Virus record (IMG/VR): IMGVR_UViG_3300042516_004698
Location: 1-64,000 of that record
From: a virus
DNA length: 64,000 bases
Reading direction: 5' to 3' (one strand)
Shown here: positions 47,375 to 57,950 of the stretch, piece by piece
How the letters are laid out: every line of letters begins with the position of its first letter
Numbering within the stretch: position 1 is the stretch's first letter
Notes under the pieces: model-generated
Databases searched by the model: none
What the model was told of the DNA's origin: nothing
What the model saw: the letters and a program-made list of their open reading frames with translations, nothing else
Position numbers and translations under genes: made by a program

Positions 47375-48169
47375 ATGAGCGGCGCACGCATAATATTCCC
47401 AGAATTCCGCGACGAGCAGAGTGACTCCCGGTATCCGTTTACAGACACGGCTACACTGACGGCTAACTCCGGTGTAGAGCTACCACGTGACACTTTTATT
47501 GACGCCGCTGTCTACGCAATAGACGCGGTTGCGCCACTGTATATTTCTAGTATCTCCGTTACAGCTAGCGCCGCAACTATTGCTATAAGCGACGAAACAG
47601 GCGACGTTGTTTGCTCTACCGCCTATACGCCGCTGGACCCGCCCGACTCCGGCGAACTGTCTCTCGTCGACAATTACGGCCGTCCGGCTGGCATGCTTCT
47701 GTCGTCGCGCGAGCGTTTAGCGCTAATAGGTGGATGGGAACCAATCACACACGTATTTACGCAAGACGCGACAGAGTTTGTGGCCGGTGTTGCGTATCCG
47801 GCGCAGGAACCCGGCGTGCGCGGCTTAACACTAGCCGCCGACACAGCAGATCTGATCACGGCTGATATCTGGCTCGTAGGCCGCGACGGCATTGTGTTAC
47901 GCGCAGATCCGCCAAACTCCAACGTTATTCGCGTAGATATCGTTGGCGTGCCGTTATTTAAACGTATGGAGTGCCTTGACGGCACGCTGCAGCCGATAGG
48001 CACGTTTGTGCCTAAAACATTTTTGCGGACTGTAAACGGCTACGGACCTGACCAGTTCGGTAACTTTAATATCACAGTAGCGGCCAAAGCCAGTGACGCG
48101 ACTATTTTGCGTATTTATCCAGAAAATGACGTAATCAAAATTACCGCGGCTGGATCAAAGGTGCTGTAA
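47375..48169 (+). CDS. structural protein, YP(L/F) paralog 4
   Basis: SDSRYPF; LRTVNGYGPDQFGNFNI. Confidence 0.65.
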   Translation: MSGARIIFPEFRDEQSDSRYPFTDTATLTANSGVELPRDTFIDAAVYAIDAVAPLYISSISVTASAATIAISDETGDVVCSTAYTPLDPPDSGELSLVDNYGRPAGMLLSSRERLALIGGWEPITHVFTQDATEFVAGVAYPAQEPGVRGLTLAADTADLITADIWLVGRDGIVLRADPPNSNVIRVDIVGVPLFKRMECLDGTLQPIGTFVPKTFLRTVNGYGPDQFGNFNITVAAKASDATILRIYPENDVIKITAAGSKVL

Positions 48170-49128
48170 TGCCTCGCGCTGGTTTTTACAACGACAACGA
48201 GTACCGGCAATATCCATTTGTATTTGCCAAGCCCGACAGTTTACCTACAGATTTAATTGTAGATTGCGGGTTCATTATGGGTCTCGACAGCGGCTTCGAC
48301 GCGGCGGAGCACTTTGTTTATTTACACCAAATCAGGAAAACCAGCACGCAAATTGAATGCGAATTTCGCACAACCGCGCCGAATGCCGCAAATTCGGCCA
48401 TAGTATTTAAACGCGATTTTGACGCAGAAGAGTGGAGCACAGAATTTGTAGCGGCCGCGCCATCCGGCGCCGATTGCGCCGCCGAACCGTTATGGGAAGG
48501 ATTCATGGTGTCTGGCGTTATGGCCACTACTGTGGCGCTGCTTCCTGCTAACGGTAATGTAAATTTCGTCACTGTCACGCCGTTCACCGCCAACCGTGTC
48601 GTGGAGCCTGCGCGTGTGCAGTCATTGGTTAAAACGTATTTACGATCCGTTAGCTTAGGTAATTATCCTCGTATTATCGCGCCACCCTGTGTCGATGGGC
48701 AACCGGGGATCGTTGCTCCGTCGGACGAGATAATTGTTAACGCAACTTGCCTGAAAGGCCATATACGCTTTAAACCCGGGTTTAATTGCGCAATTAGGCA
48801 ATACGATTCCGCCAATAGAATCACAATAGCCGCGCAAAAAGGCGCAAATACAAACGACGACCCGACAGGCGAACGCTGCCAGTTCGGGAGTGAAATTAAA
48901 CTGTACGCAGACGAGCAGCCCCCGATAATTAACGTATCAACAGGCGCCCGTAGTAAGTTTTTAAGTGGCGGGCCTGCGTGCGATGAGGTTATTACCGGAA
49001 TCAATGGATTAGGCGCGCCAGATGTTAAAATTGTGGGCGGCGCCGGTATTCAGGTTGTCGTAGATCCGGATAACGATCACACTATTAAATTGAAGATCGC
49101 CACAAATCTTTTGACAGAAAACTGTTAG
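48169..49128 (+). CDS. structural protein, YP(L/F) paralog 5
   Basis: NEYRQYPF; ITGINGL. Confidence 0.65.
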   Translation: MPRAGFYNDNEYRQYPFVFAKPDSLPTDLIVDCGFIMGLDSGFDAAEHFVYLHQIRKTSTQIECEFRTTAPNAANSAIVFKRDFDAEEWSTEFVAAAPSGADCAAEPLWEGFMVSGVMATTVALLPANGNVNFVTVTPFTANRVVEPARVQSLVKTYLRSVSLGNYPRIIAPPCVDGQPGIVAPSDEIIVNATCLKGHIRFKPGFNCAIRQYDSANRITIAAQKGANTNDDPTGERCQFGSEIKLYADEQPPIINVSTGARSKFLSGGPACDEVITGINGLGAPDVKIVGGAGIQVVVDPDNDHTIKLKIATNLLTENC

Positions 49129-49141
49129 CGGCATTGCAGTT

Positions 49142-52100
49142 ATGTCTGAACCACTCTTCACAAATGAATGCATACCGAATCCGCCGCCGAAGGTAGATTT
49201 CAGGTTTATCGACGTATGCGATATTCCGCCTCCACCGCCGCCTATCTACGACTGCCCGGCGCCGACTTGTCCGCCGTACGATAAACCACCGCCATGCCCC
49301 GAGATAACTCCGGGCAAAACGACTATAACGGTCACGCCAGCACGCGCTGGTTGCCCGCCGCCAACAACACCAACAGGCGGCAAACTTACCGTAACAAAAA
49401 GCGAAGACTGCGCGTTTGAAATAGGCCTAGATCTCACGCTCGTCGTGCCGGAACCGCCGTGTCCGAATATACGGGGCGGTAGCGTTAATGTGACGTCTGG
49501 ATACGCCGGTTGCGTGCCGGGCGAAGGCGGAAAAGTCACAGTTACGCCGCGCCCACCGCCCTGCCCCGATTCAGGCGCAGCGTGTGAGTTCGACATTGAT
49601 GTCGACATCGTAGTGCCGGTACCAATCCCGCCGTGCCCAACAATTAGCGGTAAGCGCGTTACCGTAACTACTGGCTATGGTGACTGCGGCCAAGGCTCCG
49701 GTGGAAAAGTCACAGTGACGCCGCGGCAGAGCACGAACTGCGAAGGCGGTAACTGCGAATTTGATATTGATGTCGATATCGAAGTGCCGTTACCTACGCC
49801 ACCGTGTCCGAATATTACCGGCGGCCGTGTTAATGTAAAGTCTAGCTATGCCGGCTGCCTAACCGACGGCAGCAAAATGTCGGTTCGGCAACCAGTTAGA
49901 CAAGAATGTGATGGCACAGGCTGCGATTTTGAAATCGATCTCGATATCGAAGTGCCGATCCCAACGCCGCCGTGTCCAAACGTTATTTCGTCATACAGAA
50001 CGGTCAGAACCGGCGAAGGCCCGAGTTTAACTACGCGTGTCGAGTCGCGTCCTGATTGCGAAGACGGCAATAATTGCGATATCTACATGGATATCGTGTT
50101 TCCAGAACCGCCGAAACAACCATGCGTTCCGGTTTTTGCGCCCGGAAGCATCACCGTCAGAGAAGCAGATAACCCATCATCAAATAACCAGTTTTTAATT
50201 GAACGCGTACAAAATCCAAACAAACCAGAAGAGTGCACGTATCGTCCGTTTGGCTACATTCAAATACCAAAAATACCGAATATACCGGAGTGGGTAAAAA
50301 ATACGCCCAAAGCGCCGTGTATCCCGACAATCACAGGCGGCGAAATAACCGGAAATAAGGTTAAGGGCAAAATAACGGTGGCTGCACCCACGCCGCCAGA
50401 AGAGCCAGAAGAGCCAAGCAACAATTGCGTCGGCAGCTGTTGGATATTAAATCAAGAGCCGTTTAACATAAATACAGCAGACCCGTTTGGGCCAGTAAAT
50501 ACTGATGTCTGGGGTACTTGCTACCCAATGGGCGCATTTGCGGCAGTTACTGACGAACGATCATGCAAACAATTTGGCGGTACGTACTTTTCAGGTAATG
50601 ATTGCAAGGCTTGTCCGCCGCCACCACCGCAGCCGACGACGCCAACAGTACCTAAACCGTGCAGCGAACTGCAAATCAGCGCGGAGCTTGAGTTAGAAAT
50701 ACCAGAGCCGTGCGTACCTAGATTTACCAAAGGTAAAGTTAACGTATCTTATCAAAAACAAGGCGGCGGTGAGATTACAGTTAATGACTCAACCAGCTGC
50801 AATAGTTGTTACTACCCAGAAAACTCTACTGGAGCAATTCTGGCCGCGGCTGGGCAGGTTGGTGTAAGCGTAGCGCCAGCGGTGTGCGTTGTAGCCGACG
50901 ATAACTTCAGCGCTGACAACTCCACAATGTGCGAGCAGCGTGGCGGCACATGTTTCCCGGGTCCAGACTGCTCGAATAGCTGCAAAGATCTTGAAATATC
51001 TGCCTACGTATACGTGCCGCCTAATTGTCCGGAATTTGAAGACGGCACGATCACAAAAAAAAGCAGCGGCGGCGAAACGTCAACATCTGGCGACAGCGCG
51101 TCAGAAATAGGAACAATAAAAATAACGCCGGCCGGTATCTCGACCCGTACAAATGAAAGCGGCGATGAAGAAACACGCTGTAGATTCGCTATCGCTGCCG
51201 AACTTGATCTTGATGCGATCGGCGCTGGCGGCGGCGGAAAAGATTGCGTTCCCGAAGGCGGCGACATTTCTGTTACTGAAGCCAAAAAAGGCGAAAAGTC
51301 TGGCGGCAAGATTCGCATCGAGACAGAAGCAGACGACAAAGAAGGCTGGTGCAAACAGGCAGGTGATTGCTCACCCGGTTACACGAAAAGCATGTGCCGT
51401 GACGCCGGCGGAGAGTGGTTTCCGACTGAGGGGTGTAGCAAACCGTCGTGCGGTTACACAATCGCAGCCGATATCACTTTACCTACATTAGAAATTGAAT
51501 TTGAGCCGGCTGCGAATGTCGAGCTCGAGCCGATCGAGTGCGATCAGCCAGCCACCATTTCCGCAAATGTTGTTAAAGGGGAAGACGGTAAATACAAAAT
51601 TGAACTTAGCGGTTCGTACCCTGATTGCAGCGCATGCTGTCCGGTTGAAACAGAAGCCGGGATCGGGCCACGGCGGGCAGGGATGCGCCGACTCGGTCTG
51701 ATGACTGCGCCCGCAGATTTGCCACGGCTCTCCGTTTCGTCTAACGGCTACTACACAGGCGATGTACTTGTTATTAATTTAACGTTTACAGACTTTGTGC
51801 AGGTTGTTGATTCGTCTGTAAAATTGGTTATAGATTTAAACTCGCCGGTGGTGGGAAGTAGTACATCAAGCGGGACAAGTTCTTCCGCGACTTCCGGCGA
51901 ATTACCAAATTTGCGCTACGCCGACCTAGAAACAACTAGTGGCGGTAGAACCAGAAAACTTACGTTTACGTACACAATTCAAACAGACGATTTTAGCACC
52001 GGAATTAGAGTGCTACGGCTCACCGACGAATCAACGCCATATTACGCGGCACTTGCGAATAAAGCCGGCAAAAAGCTCGTCAGGCCGTTTACACCGATTA

Positions 52101-55100
52101 GCGCTGACATTTGCATCAATGCCGGTTGCGGATCGTCTAGCTCTAGTTCGAGCTCTAGCTCTAATTCAAGCTCAAGCTCTAGTTCAAGCGCGCGGTCTAG
52201 TTCAAGTAGTTCGAGCAGCCAATCGAGCTCAAGCAGTCGGTCAAGCTCGAGTAGCGTGTCTAGTTCTAGCAGTCGGTCAAGCTCAAGTAGCTTGTCTAGC
52301 TCAAGTAGCCGGTCAAGCTCAAGTAGCTTGTCTAGCTCAAGTAGCCGGTCAAGCTCTAGCAGCTTGTCTAGTTCGAGCAGCTTGTCTAGTTCTAGCAGCC
52401 GGTCAAGCTCAAGTAGCTTGTCTAGTTCTAGCAGTCGGTCAAGCTCAAGTAGCGTGTCTAGTTCTAGCAGCCGGTCAAGCTCAAGTAGCCGGTCAAGCTC
52501 TAGCAGCCGGTCAAGCTCTAGCAGTTCTTCCAGCTCAAGCAGTCAATCAAGCTCAAGCAGTCAATCAAGCTCAAGTAGCCGGTCAAGCTCAAGTAGCCGG
52601 TCAAGCTCTAGCAGCCGGTCAAGCTCTAGCAGTTCTTCTAGCTCAAGTAGTCAATCAAGCTCAAGTAGCTTGTCTAGTTCTAGCAGTCAATCAAGCTCAA
52701 GTAGCTTGTCTAGTTCTAGCAGCTTGTCTAGCTCTAGTAGCCGGTCAAGCTCGAGTAGCGTGTCTAGTTCGAGTAGCTTAAGCAGTTCTTCCAGCTCAAG
52801 CAGTTCAGACAGTTCGAGTAGTTCGCGCAGCTCCTCCAGCTCAAGCAGTCAATCAAGCTCAAGTAGCTTGTCTAGCTCTAGTAGCCGGTCAAGCTCGAGT
52901 AGTTCTTCCAGCTCAAGCAGCTCAAGTAGTTCAAGTAGTTCGTCTAGCTCGCGTAGTTCAAGTAGTTCGCGCAGCTCTTCCAGCTCAAGTAGTTCGAGTA
53001 GTTCGAGTAGTTCGAGTAGTTCAAGTAGTTCAAGTAGTTCCAGCTCGCGCTCGAGTAGTTCCAGTTCTTTTGCGCCAAGCGATATACAACTTTCTAACAA
53101 CAATGTTTTAGAGAACCGACCAGTTGGAACAGTTGTCGGTACAATTTTTTCTGTTTATGCCGGTACTCGCGGTTCGGCCAACTTTACGCTAGTCACGGGA
53201 ACCGGCAGTACAAACAATGCATCGTTTAAAATAGTAAATAATGAACTGCAAACAAATGCAGTGTTTGACTACGAAACAAAAAATAGCTACTCAGTCCGTA
53301 TACGCGCGACAGAGCCGAACAATGCCGCGCTGTACGCTGAAAAAGCGTTCAATATTGCCGTGCTCAACGCCGTCGAGGTGCCCGGCCCTCCGCAGGGTCT
53401 CGTTGCCGATCAACATGCTCGATGCGTTGATTTGAAATGGTCTATATCGCTAGATACTGGCGGCGGTACGATTACAGAATACATTATTGAGCGGTCAGAA
53501 AACGGCAGCACGTGGACCGAAGTTACCAGAGTTTCCGCTTCAACGCCGCTCGGCGGGCCGCGATACGACTTCGCCGAAAGTCTAACGCTAGATATCCGTA
53601 AACCGTACACTTTTCGCGTTGCTGCCGTAAACGAAGCGGGACGCGGGGCCAACAGTAATATTGCTGGACCTGTTACGCTTTGCCCGTGCGACGCCGATGT
53701 TGACGGCGGTGCAGGCGGCGCGGCGCCGCAACCGAACGATACATGCGGCTCGTGCGCAACAGACGGCGGTACGGCGAACGCTGGTTTTACCGGCGCCGCC
53801 GGCGAGTGCCAAGAACAGCGCAAATCGTCGAGCTCTAGCTCGCTTATCGCGACAGCGTTTAAAGTCTGCACCGACCTCGGCGACTGCTTGGCGTTTGTGG
53901 GTATCGGGACGCCTATTCCAGACTGCACAACTTGCCCAACGCCCTGCGCGGCTACAGTGTTGGCAAGCGGTAATTGCGAATATGATGTTCCGCGCTTGAA
54001 CGTTAGAAACGGTCTTGGCGGGCGTGTCTCCACGTACACCGGCCCCACTAAGACCGCAGGCTATAGCGGCAGCATTACGGTCAGCTGCAATAACGGAGCG
54101 CTTACAACCACAAACGTTACGTGCGTAGAAAACAACTGCACAGCGCAACGCTATGCGCCAATAAATCAAGCGTGCGCGTACGACATTCCGGCTATGACTG
54201 CTGGGCAGACGCTGACAATAAATACAAACACAGCCGGTTACAGCGGTCAAATAACAGCCGTATGCAGCGCTGGTAAGCTTACGTTTACGCAAACGACTAC
54301 CTGCACAGAATTACCGTGCGCCTACACAACTTTCACAAGCCCAGCCGGTTGCGTATTTGCTAACCCGCAAGGAGCCGGTGTTCAAGTGCAGAGTCCGTGG
54401 ACGGGCGCGGCGGTTCTCATTCAAAATACGCGCGTCGGCTACACAGGCCAGCCGTACTCAGGCTCCGCAACCGCGACGTGCTTGCGTGGCGTAATGAGTT
54501 TTACAGATGTCGTATGCAACTCAAACTGCTTAGGCGCAAATACAACACACGGCACGTGCACATTTACAACTGGCGACGCTACTACATACGTATTGAACCA
54601 TAATGCAGTGCGTGATTACGTTTCAACAAATCCCCCCAGCGTTGTAAGCGGCACAGCCACCGCTATTTGCAATAACGGAACAACGCAATGGCAAGCGCAG
54701 TCATGCACTGGCGCACCTGCAGCGCCTGTACTCTCAGCTACCGGGGGCGATACCTTGGTGAACGCTACTTGGACGCAAGGCGGAGACGGCGGCGCGCCGT
54801 TAAATCGTTTTGAATTACGCTATGCGACGTTGCCTACCTTCGTGGGCGGCGGCACGCTGGTTCGCGCCCCCGGCGACAGAGCCGCCGCGTTAAACAATTT
54901 AACTAACTACGCAACTTATTACCTGTCGATTCGCGCGGTCAATAACGCTGGTTTTACGAGTCCGTGGAGCAACACGGTAGCCGTTACGCCGTGTGGCGAA
55001 CCGCAGCCTGCAGCGCTAATCAGCGCGGCAATGCTCAACACCGGTGTAACCATAAGGTACACATGCCCGCCAGCGCTGCCAGCCGGTATTCCAGTACCGA

Positions 55101-57205
55101 CGCTTACAGCAGAACGCAGCACCGATAATGGCGCAACTTGGACAACGTATGCGGCACTACCTTACGCTGCTGGTGCCACATTAGATCAGACCACAACCAC
55201 AGGATTTAATGGTAGTGTGCGTAACGCAATACGTATACGCACGACTATTGCGGGTTGCGGCACGTCTGTTAGCGCTGATGTAAAAATTGCAGTAAATATT
55301 CCGTGCACGCCGGGCGCTGCCACGGCGACCCTCGCGGCCTCGTGCTCTGGCGCGCTTAACGTCAGCTGGACAGCGCCGGCCGTTGGCGCTACGTGCGGGC
55401 CTGTGACAGGTTATCGGGTGCAGTGCTCTGGCGATAGCGGCGTAAATTGGGCAACAGATCCTGCGACATACACAGGCACGACAGGGCGTTTTTCTCCTGT
55501 ATATAACAGCTTGGCGTACCGTTGCCGCGCAATAGCGTTTAACGAAGCCGGTAACGGCCCCGCGGGCACGCATAGAAACTCCGTAGGCGTTGGCGTATCG
55601 ACCCCGCCCGGTTACGCGCCAGTTACGATTGGCGCAGCAACGAGCTCGACAATTTCGATTACGTGGCTAGCTGCCTTTGTCGGCACTGGAGTATACGCCA
55701 GACCCGTAACTAGCTACACAATTTACAGAAGAGCCGTCAGCAATAGAGCGCTAGAAACAACTGTAGCGACTGTCGGCAGTACCGTGCGGGCGTACACGTT
55801 TACAGGCCTTAGCCCAAATACGGCGTATGAGTTTAAAGTTGTAGCAACTAATCTGTGCGGCAACGGGCCGACCGACGGCTGGTCTGCCCCGGGCACTACA
55901 ACCAATCTGGTACCCAACGCGCCAGCCGGATTAACTGCAACACCAAGCGCGGCATGCGACGGGGCCGGCGCGGGTGGCGGAGTTATTTCACTGTCGTGGA
56001 CTGCTGCAACCTCTGGCGGCGGTCCGGCGGTTACAGGCTATACGCTTCAGCGCTCGTTAAATAACACGACTTGGACAACAATAACAACAACAGACCAAAA
56101 TACTACAGCGTATGTAGACTCGTCTGGGGTGCCCGGCACAACCTACTATTATCGCGTACTCGCCAACAGTACGAACGGCGCAAGTCCGGCAAGTAGTCCC
56201 GTCACAGCTGTAGCGCCCGCGACGACGCCAAGCGAACCGCAAAATTTTACAGCCACGCCTAGTAGCGGCAAAGCAACGCTAAGCTGGAGCGCACCGGCTG
56301 TGCGCGGAACGCCAACTGGTAGTTTACTGTATATCGTGTGGTACAAATTAACAACAAGTACAACGTGGATTAGTGGCGGCTCAGGTTTAACAGCGACGTC
56401 GTTAGAGCTCACTTTACAAAATAGCCAGAAATATGACGTCGCCGTGGCGGCAAAGAATGCAACGTGCGCAGACTACGGCGACTATGCCTATAATGAAGTC
56501 ACGCCGTTTAATCCAAATTGCACATGCGCCCCGCAGTCTTACAGCGTAAATGGTTGCCTGTTCGCCTTTCCGTCACAGGCGCGCAACACCCAGACCAGCG
56601 CGTTAAATAGCGCAAATAACTACTCCGGCGAAGCATACCGAACATGCGACGCGGTTTGCAATATGACAACAGCGCAAACATCTGTCACAGATAGCGCAAC
56701 ATGTGTCTTTAACGGCGTCACAACTACATACAACTGCGTAAACGGCTCGTGTAACGCAGTGTCCGGTTCTGGCGGTACGTACACAACGCTATCCGCATGC
56801 CAAAGCGCTTGCAGCGGCGGTGGCGGGACTAGCCCTTGTGCGCTTAGTCCAGTAACAAATATTAACGGGTGTACGTATCCGTTCGGCGGCACGTTATCCG
56901 CTAATACTTATTCCGGGTACGTCGCTACGACTACGTTCGGCAAAACAGGCTCCGCGCGCATGTACTGCAACGGAACGACAGGTGTCGCGACCTTTGACGC
57001 GGGCACTGCGACGTGCAACACCGATTCCGGCGAAGTGCGGAACGCGTGTACGTACATGTGGAGCAGTATCCCCGGCGGTGGCGGCCGGTACGAGTTGTTC
57101 AGCTCAGATTGCAGCAGCGGCTCGTGCCCGAGCACGATCAACACCACGGTGACCCCCGGGCAGCCATTTGGCACATTAGTAGGCCCGTTTCCGCGCTGCC
57201 AATAA
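49142..57205 (+). CDS. giant Cys-rich adhesin-like fiber protein (2687 aa) with cadherin-like and FN3 domains
   Basis: CEFDIDVDI..P.PPCP repeats; about 310 aa Ser tract; cadherin-like ENRPVGTVVGT...FDYETKNSYSVRIRATE; several FN3 motifs such as YTFRVAAVNEAG and YYYRVLA. Confidence 0.8.
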   Translation: MSEPLFTNECIPNPPPKVDFRFIDVCDIPPPPPPIYDCPAPTCPPYDKPPPCPEITPGKTTITVTPARAGCPPPTTPTGGKLTVTKSEDCAFEIGLDLTLVVPEPPCPNIRGGSVNVTSGYAGCVPGEGGKVTVTPRPPPCPDSGAACEFDIDVDIVVPVPIPPCPTISGKRVTVTTGYGDCGQGSGGKVTVTPRQSTNCEGGNCEFDIDVDIEVPLPTPPCPNITGGRVNVKSSYAGCLTDGSKMSVRQPVRQECDGTGCDFEIDLDIEVPIPTPPCPNVISSYRTVRTGEGPSLTTRVESRPDCEDGNNCDIYMDIVFPEPPKQPCVPVFAPGSITVREADNPSSNNQFLIERVQNPNKPEECTYRPFGYIQIPKIPNIPEWVKNTPKAPCIPTITGGEITGNKVKGKITVAAPTPPEEPEEPSNNCVGSCWILNQEPFNINTADPFGPVNTDVWGTCYPMGAFAAVTDERSCKQFGGTYFSGNDCKACPPPPPQPTTPTVPKPCSELQISAELELEIPEPCVPRFTKGKVNVSYQKQGGGEITVNDSTSCNSCYYPENSTGAILAAAGQVGVSVAPAVCVVADDNFSADNSTMCEQRGGTCFPGPDCSNSCKDLEISAYVYVPPNCPEFEDGTITKKSSGGETSTSGDSASEIGTIKITPAGISTRTNESGDEETRCRFAIAAELDLDAIGAGGGGKDCVPEGGDISVTEAKKGEKSGGKIRIETEADDKEGWCKQAGDCSPGYTKSMCRDAGGEWFPTEGCSKPSCGYTIAADITLPTLEIEFEPAANVELEPIECDQPATISANVVKGEDGKYKIELSGSYPDCSACCPVETEAGIGPRRAGMRRLGLMTAPADLPRLSVSSNGYYTGDVLVINLTFTDFVQVVDSSVKLVIDLNSPVVGSSTSSGTSSSATSGELPNLRYADLETTSGGRTRKLTFTYTIQTDDFSTGIRVLRLTDESTPYYAALANKAGKKLVRPFTPISADICINAGCGSSSSSSSSSSNSSSSSSSSARSSSSSSSSQSSSSSRSSSSSVSSSSSRSSSSSLSSSSSRSSSSSLSSSSSRSSSSSLSSSSSLSSSSSRSSSSSLSSSSSRSSSSSVSSSSSRSSSSSRSSSSSRSSSSSSSSSSSQSSSSSQSSSSSRSSSSSRSSSSSRSSSSSSSSSSSQSSSSSLSSSSSQSSSSSLSSSSSLSSSSSRSSSSSVSSSSSLSSSSSSSSSDSSSSSRSSSSSSSQSSSSSLSSSSSRSSSSSSSSSSSSSSSSSSSSSRSSSSSRSSSSSSSSSSSSSSSSSSSSSSSSSRSSSSSSFAPSDIQLSNNNVLENRPVGTVVGTIFSVYAGTRGSANFTLVTGTGSTNNASFKIVNNELQTNAVFDYETKNSYSVRIRATEPNNAALYAEKAFNIAVLNAVEVPGPPQGLVADQHARCVDLKWSISLDTGGGTITEYIIERSENGSTWTEVTRVSASTPLGGPRYDFAESLTLDIRKPYTFRVAAVNEAGRGANSNIAGPVTLCPCDADVDGGAGGAAPQPNDTCGSCATDGGTANAGFTGAAGECQEQRKSSSSSSLIATAFKVCTDLGDCLAFVGIGTPIPDCTTCPTPCAATVLASGNCEYDVPRLNVRNGLGGRVSTYTGPTKTAGYSGSITVSCNNGALTTTNVTCVENNCTAQRYAPINQACAYDIPAMTAGQTLTINTNTAGYSGQITAVCSAGKLTFTQTTTCTELPCAYTTFTSPAGCVFANPQGAGVQVQSPWTGAAVLIQNTRVGYTGQPYSGSATATCLRGVMSFTDVVCNSNCLGANTTHGTCTFTTGDATTYVLNHNAVRDYVSTNPPSVVSGTATAICNNGTTQWQAQSCTGAPAAPVLSATGGDTLVNATWTQGGDGGAPLNRFELRYATLPTFVGGGTLVRAPGDRAAALNNLTNYATYYLSIRAVNNAGFTSPWSNTVAVTPCGEPQPAALISAAMLNTGVTIRYTCPPALPAGIPVPTLTAERSTDNGATWTTYAALPYAAGATLDQTTTTGFNGSVRNAIRIRTTIAGCGTSVSADVKIAVNIPCTPGAATATLAASCSGALNVSWTAPAVGATCGPVTGYRVQCSGDSGVNWATDPATYTGTTGRFSPVYNSLAYRCRAIAFNEAGNGPAGTHRNSVGVGVSTPPGYAPVTIGAATSSTISITWLAAFVGTGVYARPVTSYTIYRRAVSNRALETTVATVGSTVRAYTFTGLSPNTAYEFKVVATNLCGNGPTDGWSAPGTTTNLVPNAPAGLTATPSAACDGAGAGGGVISLSWTAATSGGGPAVTGYTLQRSLNNTTWTTITTTDQNTTAYVDSSGVPGTTYYYRVLANSTNGASPASSPVTAVAPATTPSEPQNFTATPSSGKATLSWSAPAVRGTPTGSLLYIVWYKLTTSTTWISGGSGLTATSLELTLQNSQKYDVAVAAKNATCADYGDYAYNEVTPFNPNCTCAPQSYSVNGCLFAFPSQARNTQTSALNSANNYSGEAYRTCDAVCNMTTAQTSVTDSATCVFNGVTTTYNCVNGSCNAVSGSGGTYTTLSACQSACSGGGGTSPCALSPVTNINGCTYPFGGTLSANTYSGYVATTTFGKTGSARMYCNGTTGVATFDAGTATCNTDSGEVRNACTYMWSSIPGGGGRYELFSSDCSSGSCPSTINTTVTPGQPFGTLVGPFPRCQ
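52133..53068 (+). repeat. poly-serine coding repeat
   Basis: Degenerate units such as TCAAGCTCAAGTAGCCGG and TTGTCTAGTTCTAGCAGC. Confidence 0.95.
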
Positions 57206-57281
57206 AACCAAAGCAGTATTGCAATTTTGACTATATGCGCGCAAAATAATGCTGAGCAATTAACACGAAAGGCGCTGCAAA

Positions 57282-57950
57282 ATGAGTTGCGATTTTGAAA
57301 CCACTCCCTGCGCAATGCCCGGAAACTTTACGTGCAAAAAGTGCAAACTATGCGGTCACATGGTTGGGATGGCGGCCGCGGTAGCCGAGGCACAGTGGCC
57401 GCAAGTGCTAGCAAACATTAAAGCCGGCTGCGCGCACAACAAGACGCCGCAAGCGAGCCACACCGCAGAAGAACAGGCGCTAATAGATAGCGTACCGCAG
57501 CCCTCGCCGCCTATTACCGGAAAAACCTTCGGCGCCGTAGCCGCAAATGTGGGCGCCAATTTAGCCGGTATTCCGCCGGCGCCGGGGTATACGACCGCAC
57601 CGGCATATGTTGATCCTACGCTGGCGAACGTGCAAAATCCGTTTGAGATACCGCAGGACAATACGGGTCCGGGGTCGCAGCTAAAGAAGTTTTTAAGTAG
57701 AATTGGTATTACAGCTACGCCTACGTGTTCTTGTAACGCAAAGGCGCGTCATATGGATGCGATGGGCGTAGACTGGTGCGAGCAAAATGTTGATTTAATC
57801 GTAAGCTGGCTAAAGGAAGAAGCGCAAAAACGCGGTCTCCCGTTTATTGATTTAGCCGGGCGCGTGCTCGTAAATCGCGCAATAGCGGCCTCGCGAAAGG
57901 CGCACTCACACAAACTCAAGAAATTGAACATACCAAATGGACTGCAATAA
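57282..57950 (+). CDS. Cys-containing hypothetical protein
   Basis: CKKCKLC at the N-terminus; GPGSQLKK...CSC...MD...WC C-terminal domain. Confidence 0.7.
   Translation: MSCDFETTPCAMPGNFTCKKCKLCGHMVGMAAAVAEAQWPQVLANIKAGCAHNKTPQASHTAEEQALIDSVPQPSPPITGKTFGAVAANVGANLAGIPPAPGYTTAPAYVDPTLANVQNPFEIPQDNTGPGSQLKKFLSRIGITATPTCSCNAKARHMDAMGVDWCEQNVDLIVSWLKEEAQKRGLPFIDLAGRVLVNRAIAASRKAHSHKLKKLNIPNGLQ

Noticed and set aside
51939-52781. 280-aa alternative-frame ORF with QAQVACL repeats
   Set aside because: Off-frame reading of the Ser tract within the 2687-aa gene.
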